64,000 nt of DNA from an uncultured bacterium (lineage in GTDB: Bacteria > Oederibacteriota > Oederibacteriia > Oederibacteriales > Oederibacteriaceae): positions 1,280,001-1,344,000 of the forward strand of contig OZ218778.1 in assembly GCA_965112635.1 (NCBI GenBank), written 5' to 3'. A program made the translations under genes and the position numbers. This document shows, piece after piece, positions 28,082 through 37,726 of this stretch (positions within the stretch are counted from its first letter, which is position 1; the number at the start of each line of letters is the position of its first letter). The notes below the pieces were generated by a model. That model was not told the DNA's origin. It did no database searches and saw only the letters and a list, made by a program, of their open reading frames with translations.

Positions 28082-29563
28082 TTGTTCAACTTTCAAACTT
28101 CTATTCTAGGATATATTTTTACAGGCAGCGGGTTCATCAAGCTGGACCCAGGCGTTTACGCCTGGTTCAGTTTGGGCGGGGCCGTGGTGATAGCCGCGGT
28201 TTATTATTTCTTTTACCGGTACGGTAAAACTCTTTTTTGGAATTCCAGGTTACCCAAGCGGTCCGTTTTCCTTGTGGTCTTTGTTTTTTACCTGGTGGTC
28301 ACCACCTGGGTTACGGTCCTTTACCCGCCGGTGGCGGACGAGCCGCACTACCTGGTCATGAGCCACAGCCTGGTCTATGACCATGACCTGGATACCGCCA
28401 AGGTCTATGCCAACAAGGAATATCTGAAATTTTACCCGGCCGATAACCTGGATCCCCACCATCACGAGGCCGGGTTGTCATTCCTGGTCGCGCCGTTCTA
28501 CTGGCTGGGGGGGAGGTTCGGGGTCCAAGTCCTGTTGAACTTCTTGATGGCCCTGGTAGCGGTCAATATTTTCCTGCTGTGCGTGGAATCCGGGTTTACT
28601 CAGGAGGTCAGTTTCAGCGTGGCCTTTCTGATGGCCATAGGCAGTCCTCTGGTGACCCATGCTTCTTTGGTCCTGACCGAGGTCCCGGCGGCCCTGCTGA
28701 CCATCTATTTGTTCCGCAAGATCATCTTCAATAGCATCATTCCGGTCGGGTTGCTGGTCGGGGAAACGATTTTGATCCTGTTGTTCCCCTGGCTGCATCT
28801 CAAATACACCCTGCTGGCTGTCCTGTTCATATTTTTCCTTTTGATGCACCTCAAGAACCAATATAAATTGCTGGTGCTTTTTATCATCCTTTTGCTGGCG
28901 GGCGGGGGAGGGTTCGCCCTGTTCCATTACCTGTATTATGGATGGAGCGTGCCCCTGCACGGCCAAGAGACCACTCAAGGCGCTCTTCCTATGTTCACAG
29001 GAGACCTGCTGCGCGGCGGGCTGGGGCTGTTGTGGGACAGGGATTTCGGGCTGTTCCCTTACTGCCCGCTGTTCCTTTTTATGTTCTGCGGCTGGTTCCT
29101 TTTCCGCAAAGATAATCCCAAAGTTTCCCAAGCCATCAATGTGTTTTTTTTCGCGTTATTCCTTGTTTACAGTCTGACCGTGCCTGAATGCTGGAGCGGT
29201 TCTGCCGCACCCAGCCGGATGCTGGTGCCGGTTTTACCTTTGCTGGCCCCATTTCTGGCCCGGGTCAGGGAAGAAAAGAGCCTCCAAAACCTATGGCAAA
29301 AGGTGACCATTTTAGCGGTTTTTATCGGCTATCTTTTGAATGTCTTTCCCTTCCTGCGCTATTTCACGGGCAAGGAAAAACTTCTGGGGCATTTGGCCAC
29401 CTCTCTGGGAATTGACCCACTTTTTTTCCTGCCAGCCCTTTTTCAGGATAAGGCAGACAGCCAGTTCCTGGCCGCCTTTTACCTGATCGTGTTGTTCCTA
29501 ATATCCTATTTTTATTCCAAGGCCAAAACACTGTTCAAGTTCCAATGGAGGGTCGGACGATGA
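28082..29563 (+). CDS. Polytopic membrane protein, putative GT-C glycosyltransferase (DEPHY motif), paralog of the upstream gene
   Basis: ADEPHYLVMSHSLVYDHDLD, PWLHLKY, DRDFGLFPYCP and SRMLVP. Confidence 0.65.
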   Translation: MFNFQTSILGYIFTGSGFIKLDPGVYAWFSLGGAVVIAAVYYFFYRYGKTLFWNSRLPKRSVFLVVFVFYLVVTTWVTVLYPPVADEPHYLVMSHSLVYDHDLDTAKVYANKEYLKFYPADNLDPHHHEAGLSFLVAPFYWLGGRFGVQVLLNFLMALVAVNIFLLCVESGFTQEVSFSVAFLMAIGSPLVTHASLVLTEVPAALLTIYLFRKIIFNSIIPVGLLVGETILILLFPWLHLKYTLLAVLFIFFLLMHLKNQYKLLVLFIILLLAGGGGFALFHYLYYGWSVPLHGQETTQGALPMFTGDLLRGGLGLLWDRDFGLFPYCPLFLFMFCGWFLFRKDNPKVSQAINVFFFALFLVYSLTVPECWSGSAAPSRMLVPVLPLLAPFLARVREEKSLQNLWQKVTILAVFIGYLLNVFPFLRYFTGKEKLLGHLATSLGIDPLFFLPALFQDKADSQFLAAFYLIVLFLISYFYSKAKTLFKFQWRVGR

Positions 29564-30774
29564 AGATCCTGGTTGTCGCGCCTATTATCCCTTATCCCCT
29601 GCATGACGGGGACAAGCTCAGGTTTTACCATTTGCTGGAGGGTATGGGCCGCAAGCATGAGGTGACCCTGCTGGCCTGCTCCAGGGACCCTGAGGCCCAA
29701 GAGCAAGCCAAAGGTTTGCGCGGAATCGTCCGGGAGTGTCAGGTCATCCATCTTTCCAATTTTCAGCTCTATATGAACTGTATAAAGAAGTTGTTCTCCC
29801 AGCTTCCCTTCAATGTCAGTGCCTACCTTTGGCCGGAAATGCAAAGGGCCGTAGATAAAAAACTGGCCAGCCAATCCTTCGACCTTGTTTTCGCTTACAG
29901 GCTGCGTATGGCTCCCTATGTCGCCAAAGTCAGTCTGCCCAAGGTATTGGACCTGACGGATTCCATGTCCATTTATCTGACGAGAGTGGCTAAGCAGGCC
30001 AGCCCGCCCTGGAAAAAAATTTTTCTTCATTGGGAAGCGGCGAAGATGAGGAAATACGAGCCCGTCCCCTGCGGGCAATTCAAGACATGCCTCATTTCCT
30101 CACCCGAAGATATGAAGTATCTGGAAAGTCGGGGAGTTAAGAACCTGGCCCTGGTCCGCAATGGGGTGGCTATGAAAGATTTCACGGGGATCAAAGCCAA
30201 ACGAAACCCCGACACCCTGCTTTTTTCAGGCAACCAGGGTTATTACCCCAACCAGCAGGGTATCGCGGACTTTAAAGAGCATAGCTGGCCTTTGATCAAA
30301 TCCAGCGTGCCAAGCACGAACCTGCAGGTCGTAGGCGGCAACCCTCCGGCCTGGATGCAGAAATGGAACAGAGAGGCCGGTATCCGGGTGACCGGCCGGG
30401 TGGACCAGATCGCGCCTTATTTTAAGAGAGCCGCGGTCTTTATCTGCCCCATCCAGGTGGGGTCGGGCATCCGGTTCAAGCTCCTTGAGGCCATGGCCGC
30501 GGGACTTCCCATCGTGACCACCACTTTGGGCTGCGAGGGCATAGGCGTCACCCCGAACAAGGAGATGATGGTCGCGGACAGTCCGGAATCCTTTGCGGCG
30601 GCCGTAGTCGTGCTTTTGACCAGCCCTAAAATGAGGAATAAACTAAAGGGGCAGGCATTCTTAGCCTGTCAAAAAAGCTTTGATTGGCCGGTTATCCAGA
30701 AGGTTTTGAGCGAGGTCCTAGCCCTGGCTGTTTGGGGCAGGAAAAGCAAGAATGCCCGTTCTAAGCGGTTATAA
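29560..30774 (+). CDS. GT4 glycosyltransferase (resembles TIGR03087-type sugar transferases)
   Basis: PYPLHDGDKLR, LDLTDSMS, VRNGV and GSGIRFKLLEAMAAGLPIV; ATGA overlap. Confidence 0.85.
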   Translation: MKILVVAPIIPYPLHDGDKLRFYHLLEGMGRKHEVTLLACSRDPEAQEQAKGLRGIVRECQVIHLSNFQLYMNCIKKLFSQLPFNVSAYLWPEMQRAVDKKLASQSFDLVFAYRLRMAPYVAKVSLPKVLDLTDSMSIYLTRVAKQASPPWKKIFLHWEAAKMRKYEPVPCGQFKTCLISSPEDMKYLESRGVKNLALVRNGVAMKDFTGIKAKRNPDTLLFSGNQGYYPNQQGIADFKEHSWPLIKSSVPSTNLQVVGGNPPAWMQKWNREAGIRVTGRVDQIAPYFKRAAVFICPIQVGSGIRFKLLEAMAAGLPIVTTTLGCEGIGVTPNKEMMVADSPESFAAAVVVLLTSPKMRNKLKGQAFLACQKSFDWPVIQKVLSEVLALAVWGRKSKNARSKRL

Positions 30775-30819
30775 TTGACAATGGCAGCTAAGGACTAAAC
30801 CAGAAAGGTATTTCGGAAT

Positions 30820-32703
30820 ATGTGCGCGATCTTCGGATTTTTGAAAAATTCTGAAACGATGTTCTGCCCGGAAAATATCCTCAGGGCCATGGGAGAGGTC
30901 CTCAAACACCGCGGCCCTGATGACAATGGTTTTTTTGTCGACCTCAACGTAGGGATAGGGATGCAACGGCTGAGCATCCTGGATGTCCAGGGCGGCCACC
31001 AGCCCATGGCCAGCGAAGACCATAAGGTTTGGGTGGTTTTCAACGGAGAGATCTACAATTACCTGGAACTCAAAGAAACGCTTAAGGCCAAGGGCCATCA
31101 GTTCAAAAGTTCATCGGACACCGAGGTCATTGTTCATGCCTATGAGGAGTACGGAGAGGATTTCCCCGTACATCTGCGGGGTATGTTCGCCTGCGCGGTG
31201 TGGGACCAAAATCACCGCAACCTTTATCTGGTCAGGGACCGCTTGGGAATCAAACCTCTTTTTTACACAGAAACCTCCGAAGGTATGGCTTTTGCCTCAG
31301 AGGCCAAAGCCTTGTTCGTTGTTCCGCTGGTCCCGCGCGAGCTGAACCTGGCCCTGCTGCCGGTCCTGTTCCATTTACAGTATGTTCCCGGGCCGGGAAC
31401 ATTATTCAAAGGTATCCAAAAACTCATGCCCGGCCAGGTCCTCAAATGGCACGGGGGCCAAATCACCCTCAAGCGGTACTGGGACCTGCCCAAGGCGGCT
31501 CCTGTCCCCAAAGACCCACTTACCCTGGAGCAGGCCGGACAAAAGCTCAGGGAGTTGCTCAAAGAGTCGGTCACCCAGCATTTGCAAAGCGACGTGCCAC
31601 TGGGGGCTTTTTTAAGCGGGGGGCTGGATTCCTCGGCCATGGTCGCTCTCATGACCCAGGAAACCGAACATCCGGTCAGGACTTTCACGGTAGGTTTTGA
31701 AGGGCCCAAGCATTTTAACGAGCTGGAATATGCCAGGGAGGCTGCCAAAGAGCTGCATACAGACCACACAGAGATCATGATCGCTCCCGATGAGATCGCC
31801 AAGCTATTTGACGAGACCACCTGGTACCTGGACGACCTGATCCTGGACCCGGCGGTCCTGCCCACCTATCTGATGAGCAGGCTGGCCAGGCAGAGCGTGA
31901 CCGTGGCCTTGTCCGGCGAAGGCGGGGACGAGTTGTTCGGGGGATACTTGCGTTACCGGTTGGACCAGTTGGCTCCCTGGGTCCAGAGAGTTCCCGGGGC
32001 GGGAATTACCCAAGGTTTGGCCCGGACCCTGGGACATTTGCCGTTCATGAGGCGGGTTAGCCAGGGTTTGGCCGCTTTATCCGCAGGCAAGGCAGGGGAC
32101 CGGCATCTTGGCTGGGTCGCTGCCTTGAATCCTGCTGAACAACAAGGGTTGTTCGGAGGGGCCATCCAAGAACAGATGCAAAAAGGGTTCCTGGATAAGG
32201 TCTTTGAAGCCTATTTTGACCAAACCGAAGGGCAAGACAGTCTGGACCGGATGCAAAGGGCGGACCTTAAAACCTGGCTTCCGGATGACCTGCTGGTCAA
32301 AGTCGACCGCATGAGCATGGCCGTGTCCTTGGAGGCTAGGGTGCCCTACCTGGACCATAACTTGGTCGAATTCGTCCTTGGCCTGCCCACGGATCTCAAA
32401 GTCAGGGGATGGAACAGCAAGGTGGTGTTAAAGCAAGCCTGCCAAGGCCTAGTCCCAGATGCCATTTTGAACAGGAAAAAACATGGCTTTGAGCTTCCTT
32501 TAGCCCAATGGTTCAGAGGGGAATTAAAAGATTTTGCGAGGGGCATCCTGTTTTCAGATACCTTTCGTAAAAGAAAGTATTTTAATCAGCCATTCGTTGA
32601 TAAAATGTGGCTGGACCATCAGGAAGGACGGGAAGACAGGAGTTTTGTCCTCTTTAGTTTGATCACCTTTGAGTTGTGGCATAGGATCTATCTGGATTCC
32701 TAA
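30820..32703 (+). CDS. asnB: Asparagine synthase-family glutamine amidotransferase (likely glycan amidation)
   Basis: N-terminal Cys2, HRGPD, RLSILD, FNGEIYNY, LSGGLDSS, SGEGGDELFGGY and KVDRMSMAVSLEARVP. Confidence 0.92.
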   Translation: MCAIFGFLKNSETMFCPENILRAMGEVLKHRGPDDNGFFVDLNVGIGMQRLSILDVQGGHQPMASEDHKVWVVFNGEIYNYLELKETLKAKGHQFKSSSDTEVIVHAYEEYGEDFPVHLRGMFACAVWDQNHRNLYLVRDRLGIKPLFYTETSEGMAFASEAKALFVVPLVPRELNLALLPVLFHLQYVPGPGTLFKGIQKLMPGQVLKWHGGQITLKRYWDLPKAAPVPKDPLTLEQAGQKLRELLKESVTQHLQSDVPLGAFLSGGLDSSAMVALMTQETEHPVRTFTVGFEGPKHFNELEYAREAAKELHTDHTEIMIAPDEIAKLFDETTWYLDDLILDPAVLPTYLMSRLARQSVTVALSGEGGDELFGGYLRYRLDQLAPWVQRVPGAGITQGLARTLGHLPFMRRVSQGLAALSAGKAGDRHLGWVAALNPAEQQGLFGGAIQEQMQKGFLDKVFEAYFDQTEGQDSLDRMQRADLKTWLPDDLLVKVDRMSMAVSLEARVPYLDHNLVEFVLGLPTDLKVRGWNSKVVLKQACQGLVPDAILNRKKHGFELPLAQWFRGELKDFARGILFSDTFRKRKYFNQPFVDKMWLDHQEGREDRSFVLFSLITFELWHRIYLDS

Positions 32704-32737
32704 TTGGAAATGACTTTTTTTTGTGGCAGGAGCAAGG

Positions 32738-34012
32738 ATGGCAGACCAGGATTTTATCGAGAAAATAAAACATAGCCTTAATTATTTGACCACTACTATT
32801 TTAGTGGGGCTGTGCTTTTTCAGCCTATATTTTTTCCATGATTTCAAGGTCCTTGTGGGATTGCTGACTTTCCTGCTTGTCCTGAGTTTGCTGGCGGATT
32901 TTCAGCGTTACCGTGATTACCAAAGGATCGTGGACCAGAACCGGCAGCTGCATTACGTGGAACAGCTCACCCAGGCCATGCGCCAAAGCATGAAGCTGAC
33001 CGAAGTCCTCCAGCTGGTGGTGCATAACCTGGAACAGGAAATGCATTACAAGCGGGTCATCCTTTATATCTATGTGCAAGAGAAGAAGGGCTATGATTAT
33101 ATTAAACCCATGGTGAGCGCAGGCATCGATTTCGAGGTCGTCAAAAATTACACTTTCAGGATAGACAAGCGTCTGGATATCCTGCCCAGGGCCGTGGTGG
33201 AACGCAAGCCCTTCATCGTCTATAACGCTTCGGAGGATTACCGCTGCGACCAAAAATTCGTCGCTTTACTGATGCTCAAGAGGTATGTGGTGGTGCCCTT
33301 CATCATTAAAGAACAGCCTCTGGGGGTTCTGCTCGCGGACCGGCAGGAGGGGTTTTCCGAAGGGGCTATCTCCGAGGACGAGCTGCCCATTCTGTCCGTG
33401 TTCGCCAACCAGGCCGGGATGGCCATCGAGAACGCCAGGCTTTACAACCAGATCGAGGAGCTGGCCGTCACCGACTCCCTGACCAACCTTAATAACCGGC
33501 GCTTTTTTGCCGAGGCCTACCTGGGTGAGTTGAGCCGCTTGGACCGGTATGAAAGGCATGAACAGGTATTGTCCCTCATCATGATCGACGTGGACCATTT
33601 CAAGAATTACAATGATACATCAGGGCATCAAGCGGGTGACCAGGTTTTGATAGAGCTGGGGCAGATCCTCAAGGGCACCCTGCGCAAAGTGGATGTGGTG
33701 GCCCGGTATGGCGGGGAGGAGTTCATCATTATGCTGCCGGTCACGGACAAGAAAAAGGCCATGATGCTGGCGGAACGCTTGAGGGTCGCCGTAGAATCTT
33801 TCCCCTTTGAATTCGGGGACAAGCAGCCCCTGGGCCGGGTCACTATTTCCGCGGGGGTGGCCACCTTTGGGGAGGACGGGATGACGGAAAAAGACCTCAT
33901 TGCCGCGGCCGATGAACAGCTTTACCGGGCCAAACAGGCTGGGCGTAACCGCATATGCGCCCAGGTCATTGAAAACAAAAATGAAAGGGAGGAGAGAGTA
34001 GCCGCGCCATGA
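32738..34012 (+). CDS. Membrane-anchored GAF-GGDEF diguanylate cyclase 1
   Basis: N-terminal TM helices; GAF ending FANQAGMAIENARLY; DVDHFK.YND..GH; RKVD I-site and GGEEF. Confidence 0.9.
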   Translation: MADQDFIEKIKHSLNYLTTTILVGLCFFSLYFFHDFKVLVGLLTFLLVLSLLADFQRYRDYQRIVDQNRQLHYVEQLTQAMRQSMKLTEVLQLVVHNLEQEMHYKRVILYIYVQEKKGYDYIKPMVSAGIDFEVVKNYTFRIDKRLDILPRAVVERKPFIVYNASEDYRCDQKFVALLMLKRYVVVPFIIKEQPLGVLLADRQEGFSEGAISEDELPILSVFANQAGMAIENARLYNQIEELAVTDSLTNLNNRRFFAEAYLGELSRLDRYERHEQVLSLIMIDVDHFKNYNDTSGHQAGDQVLIELGQILKGTLRKVDVVARYGGEEFIIMLPVTDKKKAMMLAERLRVAVESFPFEFGDKQPLGRVTISAGVATFGEDGMTEKDLIAAADEQLYRAKQAGRNRICAQVIENKNEREERVAAP

Positions 34013-35256
34013 ATTTAGGAGTTATGATTAGATCTCTTCTGAAAAAAATCAATCTTCCGCTGTTCCTTCTGGTTTTATTGGTGTTTCTTCTGCCGTTCTT
34101 CAAAGTGCCCGTTATTTTCATCTTTGTTCTGTTGTTGATTGGCGCGGGAGCGGTCTGGGTCGAGAGGTTGAGCCAACAGGAAAAAGACCACTTGATCTAT
34201 CAGAACAGACAGCTTCAATACGTGGACCAACTCACCCAGGCGATGAGGAAGAGCATGGACCTGTCAGAAGTCCTTGGGCTGGTGCAGGCCAACCTCATCA
34301 AAGAGCTCAAATACGACCGGGTCATCCTGTTCAACTACCTGGTGGAAAAAAGGGGGCACGACTGCCTGCAGCCCATGGTGTGCTCAGGCCTGGATTTTGA
34401 CGCGGTCAAGGACTATTCCTTTAAGATCGACAAGAGGGCCGATATCCTGCCCCGTTCGGTCGTGGAGCGGCAGCCTTTTATAGTCACCAATGCTCCGGAA
34501 GACCACCGTTGCGACCAAAAGTTCGTCGGTTTGCTGGGGCTCAAGAACTATGTCGTGGTGCCTTTTATCATCAAAGACCAGCCGCTGGGCGCTCTTTTGG
34601 CCGACCGGCAGACCAGCCAGGTCCCCATCACCGAAGAAGAGATCCCCATCCTCCAGATGTTCGCCAACCAGGCCGGCCTGGCCATTGAGAACGCCAAACT
34701 CTACAAGCAGATCGAAGACCTGGCCATCACGGACGGCCTGACCAACCTTTTCAACCACCGTTACTTCCAGGATTGCTTGAAACTGGAGGTCCAGCGCATG
34801 AGCCGTTATGAGAACCGCCATGACATCTGCCTGTCCCTGCTCATGATCGACGTGGACCATTTCAAACAATACAACGACACCTACGGCCACCAGGCCGGGG
34901 ACCGGGTCCTCAACGAGATGGGGCAGCTCCTCAAAAACTCCCTGCGCAAGGTGGATGTGGTGGCCCGTTACGGAGGAGAGGAGTTCGTGATAGTCCTGCC
35001 CATGACGACCAAGGAACAGGCCGTCATGCTGGCGGAAAGGCTGAGGGCCTCCGTGGAAAAGTACCCCTTTGAGACGGCCGACAAGACCTCCCTGGGGCCG
35101 GTCACCATCTCCCTGGGCGTGGCGACCTATCGGGAAGACGGGATGAACGAACAGGACCTCATCGGAATCGCGGACCAATGCCTTTACGCGGCCAAGCAGG
35201 CGGGCAGGAACTGTGTCCGCCACCGTCCCATTGAAAAAGAGCAGCCTGTTCAGTGA
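34009..35256 (+). CDS. Membrane-anchored GAF-GGDEF diguanylate cyclase 2 (paralog)
   Basis: Same architecture; RKVDVVARYGGEEF; ATGA overlap with cyclase 1. Confidence 0.9.
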   Translation: MNLGVMIRSLLKKINLPLFLLVLLVFLLPFFKVPVIFIFVLLLIGAGAVWVERLSQQEKDHLIYQNRQLQYVDQLTQAMRKSMDLSEVLGLVQANLIKELKYDRVILFNYLVEKRGHDCLQPMVCSGLDFDAVKDYSFKIDKRADILPRSVVERQPFIVTNAPEDHRCDQKFVGLLGLKNYVVVPFIIKDQPLGALLADRQTSQVPITEEEIPILQMFANQAGLAIENAKLYKQIEDLAITDGLTNLFNHRYFQDCLKLEVQRMSRYENRHDICLSLLMIDVDHFKQYNDTYGHQAGDRVLNEMGQLLKNSLRKVDVVARYGGEEFVIVLPMTTKEQAVMLAERLRASVEKYPFETADKTSLGPVTISLGVATYREDGMNEQDLIGIADQCLYAAKQAGRNCVRHRPIEKEQPVQ

Positions 35257-35338
35257 ACCTTTGGTAAAACCTTAACGCCATCCAGGAAATCGACCGGCTC
35301 TGAATTGAGGCCACGAAAACGGAAGGAAGATTTTTATT

Positions 35339-37474
35339 ATGCGCTGGTGGGAACAAGCTGTTGAAAAAAAAGGCGTGTCTTTTTCGATGTATTTTTTAGG
35401 CTTATTATCGGGTCTTTATGGGTTAGGCTGGTCCATCAAAAAGTCCCTTTACGCAGCAAGGATTTTAAGGCAGAAACAGCTTAGCGTGCCGGTTTTGAGC
35501 GTCGGGAATATCACTTTGGGGGGCACAGGGAAAACTCCAGTGGTAGAGGCTTTGGCCAGGGCCCTGCTGGAAGCAGGTTATAGGCCGGCTATTTTGAGCC
35601 GGGGATACCGAAGCAAACTCAAACAGGGGGTTGTTTCCGACGGCTACTGTCTGCGGATGACCAGCGATGAGGCCGGGGACGAGCCGTTCCTGCTGGCCAA
35701 ACAGCTACCAGGCGTGCCGGTCTTGATAGGCCGCGACCGGTACCAAAGCGGGCTGACCGCCATACGGCATTTTGGGGCTCAGGTCATCCTGTTGGACGAC
35801 GGGTTCCAGCAGCGTTTTCGCCTCAAAAGAGATCTTGAACTTTTGGTCGTGGACGCCTTACGGCCTTTGCAAAGAGAAAGGCTTTTCCCGGCTGGTTGGT
35901 TGAGGGAGCCTTTGTCCGAACTCAAAAAGGCCGATGGTTTTATCATATGCCACTCCGATGACTCCCTGGAAAGCCGGGCCCTCATCGATTTTTTGAAGGT
36001 CAGAAATCCGGGAGCCTTTGTCTGGAAGGGGACCCACGAACCGCTCCATTATGAGATGTGGCCGACCGGGCAGAAAAAAAACCTGTCCAGCCTGAAGGGC
36101 AAAAAAGTTTTAGCCCTATCCAGCCTGGGAAATCCCCGCTCGTTCGAGAATACCCTGGCCGGCCTCAAGGCCGATATCATCGGGCGTCTGCGTTTTCCTG
36201 ACCATCATCGTTACACCAGGGAGGAGATAGTCAATATCAGGGCGCTTTCCAGCCAGACCGGCAATACCCCCATCGTGACCACCGCCAAGGACAGCGTCAG
36301 GCTGCCTGTAGTCCTGGATTTTTCGGCTTGGGTGCTCAAGATCAAACTGACCATCAAACAACCCGGGCAGGTCATCAGATCTGTGCTGGTAAAAGCAATG
36401 CATCCCCGCAGTCATCTACAAAAGCCGGAACTTAAAAAAATACTGATCCTGCGCTTCAGCTCCATGGGTGACGTGATCCTGACCCTTCCGATCCTGAAAC
36501 TGCTCAGGGAACATTTTCCTCTTTCCACGATCGAGTTCTTGACCAAGCAGCCTTATGCCCCACTGATGGAAAGATGCAGCGGGCTTGACCGGGTCGTCGT
36601 TGTGACCAGGCAGGACAGTTTGGGGACACTTATCCGCCGGGTAAAACAGGAAAAATACGATTGCGTATTGGACTTGCAGGGGAATTGGAAAAGCCGGGTG
36701 CTTAGCTGGTCCAGCGGAGCAAAATTCAGGGCCCAATACCCCCGGCAGAGCCTGGCCAGAAGATGGCTGTCCTGGCAAAAGTTGTTTCAGGCCAAAGGGG
36801 CTGATCCAGTAGCCCTAAGATATGCCGCGACCCTCAAAAAAATAGGGGTCAAAGCCAGCTTTTTGGATGTCCAAGAAAAAGGGACTTCCTTGGAAGTTTC
36901 TCGGCAAGACCAGGCAGAAGCCAGAACTTTATTTAAAATAAACGGCGTAAAAGGCGGGAAAGTCCTGGTGTTGGCTCCGGGTGCCAAATGGCCGGTCAAG
37001 AGGTGGCCTGCCGAATATTTCAGCGAGGTGGCCAGGGCCTATCGGGAAAAAGGATGGAATGTTGTGGTGGTGGGGTCAGAGGAGGAAAGAGGACTAGCTG
37101 CCAGAGTGTGTGGACAGGCGGGGGCGTTTATGGTTAACCTAGCCGGCCAAACTCCGCTGCCGTTACTGGCGGCTGTTTTGCAAAAAGCAAAACTAGGGGT
37201 CAGCAATGACTCCGGCATCATGCATTTGGCCCTGGCTGTGGGCACCCCGACCGTGGCCTTGTTCGGGCCGACCCATTATGGTTTGGGTTTCCGGCCCTGG
37301 CAGAGCCAATGCCGGGTTTTGGAAAAAGACCTGTTTTGCCGTCCCTGCAGCCTGCACGGAAGGAGAGCCTGCTATCTCAAGACCCACCAATGCCTGCGGA
37401 GCATCCTGCCCCAGGAAGTCATTGAGGCGGGGATGGGGTTAGGAAAAAAAGGAATATCAAAAAATCATAAGTAA
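35339..37474 (+). CDS. lpxK: Fusion: tetraacyldisaccharide 4'-kinase LpxK + GT9 heptosyltransferase
   Basis: SVGNITLGGTGKTP, SRGY, GDEP, LDDGFQ, FPDHH and TTAKD (aa ~1-350); then RFSSMGDVILT, APGAKWPVKRWP and NDSGIMHLA with no intervening stop. Confidence 0.88.
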   Translation: MRWWEQAVEKKGVSFSMYFLGLLSGLYGLGWSIKKSLYAARILRQKQLSVPVLSVGNITLGGTGKTPVVEALARALLEAGYRPAILSRGYRSKLKQGVVSDGYCLRMTSDEAGDEPFLLAKQLPGVPVLIGRDRYQSGLTAIRHFGAQVILLDDGFQQRFRLKRDLELLVVDALRPLQRERLFPAGWLREPLSELKKADGFIICHSDDSLESRALIDFLKVRNPGAFVWKGTHEPLHYEMWPTGQKKNLSSLKGKKVLALSSLGNPRSFENTLAGLKADIIGRLRFPDHHRYTREEIVNIRALSSQTGNTPIVTTAKDSVRLPVVLDFSAWVLKIKLTIKQPGQVIRSVLVKAMHPRSHLQKPELKKILILRFSSMGDVILTLPILKLLREHFPLSTIEFLTKQPYAPLMERCSGLDRVVVVTRQDSLGTLIRRVKQEKYDCVLDLQGNWKSRVLSWSSGAKFRAQYPRQSLARRWLSWQKLFQAKGADPVALRYAATLKKIGVKASFLDVQEKGTSLEVSRQDQAEARTLFKINGVKGGKVLVLAPGAKWPVKRWPAEYFSEVARAYREKGWNVVVVGSEEERGLAARVCGQAGAFMVNLAGQTPLPLLAAVLQKAKLGVSNDSGIMHLALAVGTPTVALFGPTHYGLGFRPWQSQCRVLEKDLFCRPCSLHGRRACYLKTHQCLRSILPQEVIEAGMGLGKKGISKNHK

Positions 37475-37621
37475 TCCCTTGGCAATGATGCCTACAGGAT
37501 ATAGGGAAACAGGGGTCTTGGCCTTGACCGTCTATGTCCTTGACCCTGACCGTTGATTTTCCTACTCTTGACCCTCCACTTTCGTCTTCTTGGCTGGCAT
37601 TGACCAGCTCCTTAGTAGGCG

Positions 37622-37726
37622 GTATCCTTTGCCTTAGACCACTTTTATTTCGGAAAGAATTAGCTTACACACTACACTGTAGTGTTCACGTAAATCTTTC
37701 CGGTACAAAGTAGTAGGCAAGGATGC
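37622..37726. repeat. Long imperfect inverted repeat (~50-bp arms) in an intergenic region
   Basis: GTATCC/GGATGC, TTGCCT/AGGCAA, CGGAAAGA(37651-58)/TCTTTCCG(37695-702) and ACACTACA(37669-76)/TGTAGTGT(37678-85). Confidence 0.7.
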
